In this document: piece after piece, positions 34,481 through 40,845 of the stretch
How positions within the stretch are numbered: position 1 is the stretch's first letter
How the letters are laid out: the number at the start of each line of letters is the position of its first letter
Source of the DNA: a virus
IMG/VR virus record: IMGVR_UViG_3300010300_000001
Strand: one strand, 5' to 3'
Length of the DNA: 44,459 nt
Translations under genes and position numbers: made by a program
Notes under the pieces: model-generated
Databases searched by the model: none
Told to the model about the DNA's origin: nothing
Seen by the model: only the letters and a program-made list of their open reading frames with translations

Positions 34481-34520
34481 TTGCGCAACCGCTATCCCCG
34501 TTGAAGCGGCTTGCTCTAGG

Positions 34521-34889
34521 CTACTCCACCAGGCCGGCCACTTCCAAGACGCGCTTTTCTACGTCGTACAGCACGGCCTTCACGTCGGGACGGTCGCCTA
34601 CCTGCTTTTCCATGGCGGCAACGCCGGCTTTGATAGCTGCGCGGGCAAGTCGCATTTCCTGATCGGTCCAGACGGGCGCGGCCTCTGGTGCCGTTTGCGC
34701 CGGGCTGGGCGCGGCCTCTAGATGCCCCGGCGCCGCGGCCCCTCGCCGCTGGGCCTCTGCCGCAACCGCGGCCTTTGTGTCGGGATACAGGTCCCGCTCG
34801 GGCTGCATCAGCCAGGACAGATAGCTGTCCTCGAGCTCTGTAATCGGGCGCCCCTTGTACTTGCCAAAGGGCATAACGAACGCGTCCAT
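34521..34889 (-). CDS. DUF3820-like protein (FGKYKG motif). Start uncertain: 34889, 34874 or the GTG at 34916.
   Basis: MPFGKYKGRPITELEDSYLSWL is the DUF3820-type signature. Confidence 0.55.
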   Translation of the reverse strand: MDAFVMPFGKYKGRPITELEDSYLSWLMQPERDLYPDTKAAVAAEAQRRGAAAPGHLEAAPSPAQTAPEAAPVWTDQEMRLARAAIKAGVAAMEKQVGDRPDVKAVLYDVEKRVLEVAGLVE

Positions 34890-34966
34890 GCGTTGCACCT
34901 TGCTCCGCGCTGGCACGGGCGCGGCCTCTAGTCATCGTGCGGCCTGTGCCGAAACCGCAAACGGCA

Positions 34967-34992
34967 GGGGAGGCGCCCCAGTGGCGCCCCCC
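34967..34992 (-). other. Strong GC hairpin inside the 35032-34916 spacer
   Basis: Plus strand GGGG-A-GGCGCC ccagt GGCGCC-CCCC (one bulged A). Possible intra-operon attenuator or stabiliser. Confidence 0.4.
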
Positions 34993-35031
34993 CCTAGACC
35001 GTTGCAGTTTACCTACGCGGCCTGGCTACCG

Positions 35032-35700
35032 CTACCGCTCGACCTCGAAGCGGCTGCACTGCCACCACCTGTGGTTTGTAAGCAGGTCTTGCGCCGTCTC
35101 TAGCGCAATCTGGCAGGCCCCAAACGTCGCCAAGTCCACTCCCTCGAGCGGCGTACGGACAATGGCCGGCAGATCCCTGGCGACCCACAAGGGCGGCAAC
35201 TGGCCGAGCTTGGCGTACGCGTGGGCAATATCCCAGCTCAAGTCCATCCCGCCGCCGGTGAGCGCTAGATAGTGCGCGTCCCCGACCGGATCATCGGGCG
35301 CCGTCACCAGGCACACCGAAGTATCAATTAGAGCGCACTGGGCCTTACGCTCATCCATATCGAAGAGCTCGATCGGGTAGCGGTAGTTCATGGCCGGGCG
35401 CCAGCTATCGTCTTTCAGGGCCAGCTCATCGGCCAATGCTTCTAGGTCGTGCTTGTGCATGTCGCGCAGCTCCTCGAGCGGCGCATCGTTAGACCGTTCG
35501 TAGATCCAATCTGCCAGGCGGCCCGGCCACATGCTTTCAAAGTCCGGCAAGATCTGCGCGTACTCGCCCTGCCGCTCGAGCGCGTGCCAGTCAGTCCAGA
35601 TTGAGTGCGACCAGAGGTTTGTAGCGTGCAGGCGTCCGAACAGCTCGTGGCACTTGTTGCGCGCGTCTTGCAGCTTGACCGCGTCGGTTTGGGTTTCCAT
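35032..35700 (-). CDS. Hypothetical early protein (222 aa)
   Basis: Long ORF directly downstream of hammerhead copy A. Contains a conserved-looking YLALTGGGMDLSWDIAHAY segment. No family named. Confidence 0.65.
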   Translation of the reverse strand: METQTDAVKLQDARNKCHELFGRLHATNLWSHSIWTDWHALERQGEYAQILPDFESMWPGRLADWIYERSNDAPLEELRDMHKHDLEALADELALKDDSWRPAMNYRYPIELFDMDERKAQCALIDTSVCLVTAPDDPVGDAHYLALTGGGMDLSWDIAHAYAKLGQLPPLWVARDLPAIVRTPLEGVDLATFGACQIALETAQDLLTNHRWWQCSRFEVER

Positions 35701-35715
35701 GTTTCGTCATCCGTT

Positions 35716-35770
35716 GGGGTTTCGGCCTTGCCTGGGCCTCGTCAGGGGAGCGCAGCACGCTCTCGACCCC
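35716..35770 (-). ncRNA. Hammerhead ribozyme motif, type III topology (copy A)
   Basis: Minus-strand RNA: GGGGUC / GAGAGCG-UGCUG-CGCUCCC (stem I, one A-C mismatch) / CUGACGA / GGCC-CAGGCAA-GGCC (stem II) / GAA / ACCCC (stem III, pairing with GGGGU). Every invariant core position is present, and the cleavage triplet is GUC. Confidence 0.8.
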
Positions 35771-35778
35771 TTGCGGGG

Positions 35779-36030
35779 TCAGGTGTCCGGGTACTTGTTC
35801 AGGCGGACGGCCTCCGCCGGCCTCGTTACCGTTTTGGCCAGGCGCGGCGCGTCCACGCTGGCGAGCTCACTATCCACGAACGGCACCAAGTGTATATCCG
35901 CCGCCGCGGCCTGTAGCGCCTCTGCCAGCGCGCCCGCTCCGGCCACGTTCAGGTAGAACGTGGGCAGGTTTGGCACGCTCACAGCTACCGCATCCCGGAA
36001 CCGGTGCACGCGCCAGGCCCTAAAACCCAT
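35779..36030 (-). CDS. Hypothetical early protein (83 aa)
   Basis: The ATG at 36030 overlaps the upstream stop by 11 nt. GC3-rich frame. Its UGA stop lies inside the 5' arm of the GCAA hairpin of hammerhead copy A. The longer track ORF 35779..36243 overlaps the neighbouring gene and is unlikely. Confidence 0.5.
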   Translation of the reverse strand: MGFRAWRVHRFRDAVAVSVPNLPTFYLNVAGAGALAEALQAAAADIHLVPFVDSELASVDAPRLAKTVTRPAEAVRLNKYPDT

Positions 36031-36397
36031 GGCTGATAAACCCCCGCCAGCCGTTGGGCGCGTTCTCCAGCCAATCCGCGAGGGCATCATACCCAGCGAG
36101 CCAAGCTTCAATCCGGCCGTGGATGGTGTAATCGGCCACGGCCTCCCATGCGTCCACACCTGGCGGCAGAATGATCCGGCACCATTCATGTTGGGCGCCG
36201 GCTTTCGTTCGGTAGAACCAGCCGAGCTCCGCGCAGCCGACAAACGATATCCGGTCGAGGGCCTTTGCGGCGCTCTGCATCTTTTCGGGCGCGTCCCCGC
36301 CGTCGTCTACCTCGATAAACCCATCGGGGCCGCTGCTCTTGAACATATACTCAACTAGCGCCTGAACGTGCCAGGGAATGTCCTTGTGGCTACGCAT
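36020..36397 (-). CDS. Hypothetical early protein (125 aa)
   Basis: The ATG at 36397 overlaps the upstream stop by 8 nt. The track start at 36481 would run through the neighbouring gene. Confidence 0.55.
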   Translation of the reverse strand: MRSHKDIPWHVQALVEYMFKSSGPDGFIEVDDGGDAPEKMQSAAKALDRISFVGCAELGWFYRTKAGAQHEWCRIILPPGVDAWEAVADYTIHGRIEAWLAGYDALADWLENAPNGWRGFISHGF

Positions 36398-36806
36398 TGG
36401 ACGCGGCCTCCGGCTGCTCGGCGTCTGCCAGGGCCTCGGCCTCGGCAAACTTGGCCGCGGCCACCTCCTGCAATCGTTCAAAATATGCGACCTGAAGGCC
36501 GGCCAGCTCGTATGCGGCGAGCTCGAGCGCCTGCCCTAGCTCCCCGGCCAGGTCGGCAATCATGTCGTGAAACAGGGCCTGGCGCTCGTAGTGGCTGCTG
36601 TTGAGCTCTTCGCAGTCGGCGTCCGGCTCGACGTTGTGCACGGTGCCCAGCTCGTCCACGTATCCGCCCTCGCCGATGCGGTGCACCTGCCAGCTATCGA
36701 TAGACGTGAAGGCGCGGCCCCCAACGGTCCACGCGTTGCGGAGCGCTCCCGATATGGTTCTGGCGCGTCCCCAGGTGTGGGGCGCGATAACGATGTAATG
36801 GTGCAT
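36390..36806 (-). CDS. Hypothetical early protein (138 aa)
   Basis: ATG at 36806 (the track uses a TTG one codon upstream). GAGGA lies about 9 nt upstream. First gene after hammerhead copy B. Confidence 0.6.
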   Translation of the reverse strand: MHHYIVIAPHTWGRARTISGALRNAWTVGGRAFTSIDSWQVHRIGEGGYVDELGTVHNVEPDADCEELNSSHYERQALFHDMIADLAGELGQALELAAYELAGLQVAYFERLQEVAAAKFAEAEALADAEQPEAASNA

Positions 36807-36843
36807 CAAGGGTCATCCTCTCGGCCTGGTAGTGTTCTGACGT

Positions 36844-36895
36844 GGCGTTTCGGCCGTCTCGGCCTCGTCAGCGGGGCAGACCAGCCCCGGACGCC
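36844..36895 (-). ncRNA. Hammerhead ribozyme motif, type III topology (copy B)
   Basis: Minus-strand RNA: GGCGUC / CGGGGC-UGGUCU-GCCCCG (stem I) / CUGACGA / GGCCG-AGA-CGGCC (stem II) / GAA / ACGCC (stem III, pairing with GGCGU). It closely parallels the classic CUGAUGA-GGCC-GAAA-GGCC-GAA-AC minimal hammerhead. Confidence 0.85.
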
Positions 36896-36903
36896 TTGCG
36901 GCG

Positions 36904-37164
36904 TCACGGCTCCGCCTCCGCCTCCGCCGCCCGGTCCAGCCGCTCCTCTCGAGCTCGTATGTCTTCGGCAATCTGGCGAGCTAGGCCGCGGGCCAGCTTA
37001 TCGGCGAGCTCGCGCAGCCTGGCAGCAGCCTCGGGGGTGCAGTCGGGAGAGCTGGCGACCTCGCTTACGTGGCGGAGCTCGCACGGCCGGCAGAGCTGAC
37101 TCGGGCTATCGTAGTCGGCCAAGCTGGCGCCGCAGCTGCCGCAAACACTTTCGGGGTTGTTCAT
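36904..37164 (-). CDS. Small zinc-ribbon protein (86 aa)
   Basis: The ATG at 37164 forms an ATGA overlap with the upstream stop. CGSC...CRPC motif and an acidic helical tail. Its UGA stop lies inside the 5' arm of the GCAA hairpin of hammerhead copy B. Confidence 0.6.
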   Translation of the reverse strand: MNNPESVCGSCGASLADYDSPSQLCRPCELRHVSEVASSPDCTPEAAARLRELADKLARGLARQIAEDIRAREERLDRAAEAEAEP

Positions 37165-37331
37165 CGGTTGATTCGGACGGCCTGGCCGCCCTCGGTGTCG
37201 GTGTCGTCGGGGAATACGTCGTACTGGAGAGCGGCCGCCCGGCGGTCTAGCCATTCCTCATAGGCTTCCCAGAGCTTTGCGCACTCCGGGCAAGGGAAGG
37301 GGCCTTCCTCGAGATTGCAGCGGCAGCTCAT
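37161..37331 (-). CDS. Small Cys-rich protein (56 aa), below the ORF-track cutoff
   Basis: Hand translation gives MSCRCNLEEGPFPCPECAKLWEAYEEWLDRRAAALQYDVFPDDTDTEGGQAVRINR. GGAGG lies 4 nt upstream of the start, and there are ATGA overlaps at both ends. Confidence 0.55.
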   Translation of the reverse strand: MSCRCNLEEGPFPCPECAKLWEAYEEWLDRRAAALQYDVFPDDTDTEGGQAVRINR

Positions 37332-37567
37332 CGCGCCTCCGTAATGGTTGAGACCGTCAGGCTCAGGTTGCCGGCGTGGTCGTGCACGGTTACGGTGTGC
37401 TCGCCCAGGTGCGTGCGGTAGCTGCTGCCGTACTTGCCCTCAATCGTGTGCCAGTCCAACGGCCGGCGGGCCAGCTTTGTAACGTGGTCCTGGAACTGGG
37501 CCAGGGTCCAGCCTTTGCCGCGCCAGCAGTCCCGGAGCTGCCGGACCTCTTCTGCGTAGGTTCGCAT
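37328..37567 (-). CDS. Hypothetical first gene of the 37.6-34.5 kb early operon (79 aa)
   Basis: ORF starting next to the divergent non-coding region 37568-37681. Confidence 0.6.
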   Translation of the reverse strand: MRTYAEEVRQLRDCWRGKGWTLAQFQDHVTKLARRPLDWHTIEGKYGSSYRTHLGEHTVTVHDHAGNLSLTVSTITEAR

Positions 37568-37681
37568 TGCTATCCCTTTCGGTAGTGTGTAGCGGCGGAG
37601 CTCACCGCGAGCCCTGCCAGGTGGCTAAGTTACCATCGGCAGCCAAGCCTCACGCAATCAAAAAACAGCGGAGATTTCTAT

Positions 37682-38404
37682 ATGTGGAATGATGCCCAAA
37701 AACAGGAAGAGCCGGGCGGGCAGCCCGCGGACGCCTGGCTGGCTCTCGGCTTGGCCGGCCCGGACGACGAGCTGCCCGCCAACGTGGGCGAGCTGCTCCC
37801 GCCGCCGGCCGATGGACCAGCCCGGGGAGCTGATCGCTTGCGCGAGCTGCTGCCGGCCCTCGTGGCCCACCTGCGCGCCGGCGTGCCTACTCCCTCGGCT
37901 ACTCGGGCTCTCGGCTGCCAGGCCAGTTACCGATGGTGGCGCGAGCGAGCGGCGGAGGGACTCGAGCCCTACTGCTCGGCCCTCGCGTGCCTCGACCACG
38001 CGCGCTACCTGGCGGAGCTCGAGCTGCTGCAAGCGGTGAGGCGCGCGGCTCTGGGCACCCGGCGCAAGACCATCACGGTAGAAGAAGAGGGCCCCCACGG
38101 CCTGCGGCGCTCGGTCAAGCATATCGACGTGGAGCCGGACTGGCGGGCGGCGGCCTGGGCGCTCGAGCACACCCGGCAGGATACCTACGGCCTGGCGGCC
38201 GGGGAGGAGCTCGAGGCGGCGCAGGTAGACCCGCCGGCGATCATCATCGAGGGGCGAGCCGCGGATGCCCTGGCGGAGAGGCTTCGCCTCGGGCCTGGCG
38301 GGGACCAGCCGGCAGAGCTCGTCGGCGAGGGGCAGGAGCTCGAGCACCAGCAAGACGGCCAGGCGGACGGGCAGCGGCCGGCCAGGGGGGAGCAGCAGCA
38401 GTAG
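37682..38404 (+). CDS. HTH DNA-binding protein, small-terminase-like
   Basis: GGAG 7 nt upstream of the ATG. LRAGVPTPSATRALGCQASYRWWRE (HTH-like) and PDWRAAAWALEHTRQDTYG, a pattern common in small terminase or HTH phage proteins. The frame has strongly GC-rich third positions, unlike the two overlapping track ORFs. Confidence 0.45.
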   Translation: MWNDAQKQEEPGGQPADAWLALGLAGPDDELPANVGELLPPPADGPARGADRLRELLPALVAHLRAGVPTPSATRALGCQASYRWWRERAAEGLEPYCSALACLDHARYLAELELLQAVRRAALGTRRKTITVEEEGPHGLRRSVKHIDVEPDWRAAAWALEHTRQDTYGLAAGEELEAAQVDPPAIIIEGRAADALAERLRLGPGGDQPAELVGEGQELEHQQDGQADGQRPARGEQQQ

Positions 38405-38629
38405 GACGGCCAGCAGCAGCGGCCAGCAGGGTAGGCAGCCCGCGCGGCAACCGGGCCCGGAGTCCCGTTTCCTATAGGGGGGGGTGGATCGTTCCAGGTA
38501 GCCACTCCCCATCAAACCGGGTTGGGACTCCTACTGATCTCCCTGGGGCCACCACGCATATTTGCACACCTACCCAGCGGGGCCGTTTGTAAGCTGCCTA
38601 TTTTACACTTCTACCGGAGTAGTAGTTTC

Positions 38630-38657
38630 AACTGGATGCTAACTGGCCTTGAACTGG
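38630..38657 (+). repeat. Three AACTGG hexamers phased at exactly 11 bp
   Basis: AACTGG atgct AACTGG ccttg AACTGG, with starts at 38630, 38641 and 38652. Confidence 0.9.
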
Positions 38658-38827
38658 AGGGTCGATTTCCTCATCGTGGGGACGGCGGCGGCGCTCACTG
38701 CTTGCTTCGTTTGGTTATCACCAAGGCGGCGCGCTTGGTTTGGAAAGAGTGCCAAGGATGGCATTTTGGTGGTTGGTGCCTTGAGTGGCTTGCACGTGCG
38801 GCGTGGTTGTGTTGATTTGTGTTGGCC

Positions 38828-39265
38828 ATGGCGACGATCAGGATTGACCCTAGCGACAACGCGGGAGTGGTGGAGCTGACTGGCTATGCGGACCAGGCGT
38901 TCGTGGCCGAGCTCTGGGTGTTGCAGCCGCTGGGTACGCAGCTGTCGTCGGTTCCTGGGGGCGTGGAGGAGCGGGGGCGTGTGTATGCTCCTCTGGACTG
39001 CCGCCAGTACGCGAGCTACGACGCGGAGATGCGGCCGGACACGCGCTCGCAGAGCACGGTGTCGCTCTCGGTGTTTCAGACTGCGTCGTTTCCGTACAAC
39101 GAGCTGACGTTTGCGATCACCGCGGCTGATGCGGCTACGATGCAGAACTGGCCGGTCTCGCGTGGTGAGGGCATGGCGATGGGGGTGTTGAGTGGAACAG
39201 GCGAGCGCACGCCGTTGCTTCGGTGGCGCTGGCGGATCAGGAACCCTAGTGCTGCGAGGACGTGA
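38828..39265 (+). CDS. Hypothetical protein (145 aa)
   Basis: The ATG at 38828 is three codons inside the track's GTG start. First ORF after the 0.4-kb non-coding region. Confidence 0.55.
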   Translation: MATIRIDPSDNAGVVELTGYADQAFVAELWVLQPLGTQLSSVPGGVEERGRVYAPLDCRQYASYDAEMRPDTRSQSTVSLSVFQTASFPYNELTFAITAADAATMQNWPVSRGEGMAMGVLSGTGERTPLLRWRWRIRNPSAART

Positions 39266-39501
39266 TGACGGATAGTCTGGTTGACGTGCTGCGTGAGATG
39301 GTGCAGGAGTGCCGTCGCTATCGTGTGTCGGATGGTGAAATGTCCCGGATCAGGGTCCGTGCGGAGCATTTGCTGCGGGCGTATGACATGCCTGAGCAGC
39401 CTGTGGGGCCTTCTGAGCCCGTCGAGGACCCGCCGGAGCAGCTGTGGGTGCAGGTGGACGAGCCTGTGAACGCGGTGGAAGAGGACGGGGTCGATGGCTG
39501 A
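39265..39501 (+). CDS. Hypothetical acidic protein (78 aa)
   Basis: The ATG at 39265 shares one base with the upstream TGA. Confidence 0.5.
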   Translation: MTDSLVDVLREMVQECRRYRVSDGEMSRIRVRAEHLLRAYDMPEQPVGPSEPVEDPPEQLWVQVDEPVNAVEEDGVDG

Positions 39502-40240
39502 CGAGCTATTTGCCAAGGTTGTTCCTGGCCTGATCGTTCAGGGAGAGCCTGGGGCCCAGCGCAACCGGGATCAGGTGTACACGGCCACGCAGGCTGTGAC
39601 GTTCGACAACACGGGCGACCTGTACCGGGTGGATAACCTGGCGTCTGTAACGCTGCCGGCGTCGTTTCCTGCGACGATTGGGCTGCCGGATCGCATGCCT
39701 GAGCTGAATCAGGGCCAAGGGCCGTGGTTTACTGCCGGCGAAAAGCTGGTTGTGGAGTGTCGGCTGCGGCTGGATCAGCAAAACACCAACGCGGCAGCTG
39801 CGATTTGGCTCGGGCCGGTGTGGGGTTCTACTGTGGAGACTGGAACTACCACGGTGGCCGATGCGGCAGTCATCATGGGCGGCGTCAACTCGAGCCTGGC
39901 CCAGATTGCGATGAAGACTCCGCCTGGCCAAGAGCCGGTGACTGGCGCGCTGATCACGGCGCGGTGGGAGATTCAGAGCCATGGGCCGCAGCTGCAAAGC
40001 GCAACGGTCGATTTCGACATTTATCAGCTCAACAACGACAACATCGGAGAGCAGCTGCCTGAGCGCGAAGGATATCCGCGCATGCGAACGTTCACGGAGG
40101 ACCTCTCCGGCTCTGACTCGCAGCAGTTGTACTTCATGGCCAACGTGGTCACGGCCGACACGGGCGATCTGTCGTCCATTGACCTGAGGCTGCTGTCGGT
40201 CAATGCCTGGGTGTACGGGGCCCCGGGGGTGAACGGGTGA
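39494..40240 (+). CDS. Hypothetical beta-rich (possibly virion) protein (248 aa)
   Basis: 8-nt overlap with the upstream gene. No motif recognised. Confidence 0.6.
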   Translation: MADELFAKVVPGLIVQGEPGAQRNRDQVYTATQAVTFDNTGDLYRVDNLASVTLPASFPATIGLPDRMPELNQGQGPWFTAGEKLVVECRLRLDQQNTNAAAAIWLGPVWGSTVETGTTTVADAAVIMGGVNSSLAQIAMKTPPGQEPVTGALITARWEIQSHGPQLQSATVDFDIYQLNNDNIGEQLPEREGYPRMRTFTEDLSGSDSQQLYFMANVVTADTGDLSSIDLRLLSVNAWVYGAPGVNG

Positions 40241-40404
40241 CAGAGGCCGTACGAGAGTCTTGGGCGCTAGTGGCGCGCACGGACCTGGAGGCTGTGGCTA
40301 AGCTGGCGGAAGACGTGATCGACGCTCAGAGCCGCGGCGAGTCCACGGAGCTCCTGGTGCTGCTCGGCCAGCTCAAGTTTGCCATTCAGGAGGCCCGCAA
40401 ATGA
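40237..40404 (+). CDS. Small helical protein (55 aa), below the ORF-track cutoff
   Basis: The GTG at 40237 forms a GTGA overlap with the upstream stop, and its stop forms an ATGA overlap with the next start. Translation: (M)TEAVRESWALVARTDLEAVAKLAEDVIDAQSRGESTELLVLLGQLKFAIQEARK. Confidence 0.35.
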   Translation: MTEAVRESWALVARTDLEAVAKLAEDVIDAQSRGESTELLVLLGQLKFAIQEARK

Positions 40405-40697
40405 AAGGCATCGCCTGTGCCGCTGTGTGCGCCGTTCTGCTGGCCGCTTGCCCGGGCACTATCCCGGGCTTCGTGACGGAAGAACGCTGCGCTGACGCCA
40501 TTGAGAAGGCGTACAACGGGCAAATGACGCCGGCCGAGGCCAAGAGGTACATGCGCGAGCCAGAATCGTCAAGCTTCCCGTGGGAGCAGTTGCTGGTTCT
40601 GGGTGGAGCCGCGCTGGGTGTGCCGACGCTGGGCGTCGGCGCAGCTAGATACGTGCGACACCGTCGCGTTCAACACCAGGAGGACGACAATGCCTAA
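40401..40697 (+). CDS. Lipoprotein with a C-terminal transmembrane anchor (unimolecular-spanin-like topology)
   Basis: Signal peptide plus lipobox MKGIACAAVCAVLLAAC. C-terminal LLVLGGAALGVPTLGVGAA followed by the basic RYVRHRRVQH. Confidence 0.5.
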   Translation: MKGIACAAVCAVLLAACPGTIPGFVTEERCADAIEKAYNGQMTPAEAKRYMREPESSSFPWEQLLVLGGAALGVPTLGVGAARYVRHRRVQHQEDDNA

Positions 40698-40845
40698 CAA
40701 GAAGGGCCTGTACGACAACATTCACGCCAAGCGCAAGCGCATCAAAGCTGGCAGCGGCGAAAAAATGCGCAAGCCTGGGTCTAAGGGAGCGCCGACGGCC
40801 AAGGCGTTCAGGAAGTCGGCCAAGACGGCCAAGAAACGGCGGTAG
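40690..40845 (+). CDS. Small highly basic protein (51 aa)
   Basis: AGGAGG 6 nt upstream of the ATG at 40690. Translation: MPNKKGLYDNIHAKRKRIKAGSGEKMRKPGSKGAPTAKAFRKSAKTAKKRR. The track start at 40603 is unlikely. Confidence 0.6.
   Translation: MPNKKGLYDNIHAKRKRIKAGSGEKMRKPGSKGAPTAKAFRKSAKTAKKRR

Noticed and set aside
34255-34488. Track ORFs in the convergent spacer (34255..34488 minus strand, 34059..34310 minus strand, 33997..34233 plus strand)
   Set aside because: They have no start context and odd composition, and they run across the terminator-like hairpins.
35779-36243. Full-length track ORF 35779..36243 (154 aa)
   Set aside because: Its upstream 213 nt overlaps the better-supported gene 36020..36397 in another frame. 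I kept only the part from the ATG at 36030.
37658-38592. Track ORFs 37658..38515 (minus strand, 285 aa) and 37933..38592 (plus strand, 219 aa)
   Set aside because: Both overlap the 37682..38404 frame, which has the GC-rich third positions and a Shine-Dalgarno. Their products are low-complexity Arg/Pro/Gly/Leu strings.
38656-38673. tRNA-like T-arm (GGAGGGTCGATTTCCTC)
   Set aside because: The loop is TCGATTT rather than TTCGA-type. The stem pairs poorly, and no acceptor-stem complement (ccacgat) exists about 65 nt upstream.
38522-38879. Track ORFs 38522..38815 and 38649..38879 in the long spacer
   Set aside because: Their Trp/Cys/Leu/Arg-rich composition is atypical of the genome's genes, and they have no ribosome-binding site. 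They overlap the phased repeats and the G/T-rich tract, so I treat the region as non-coding.
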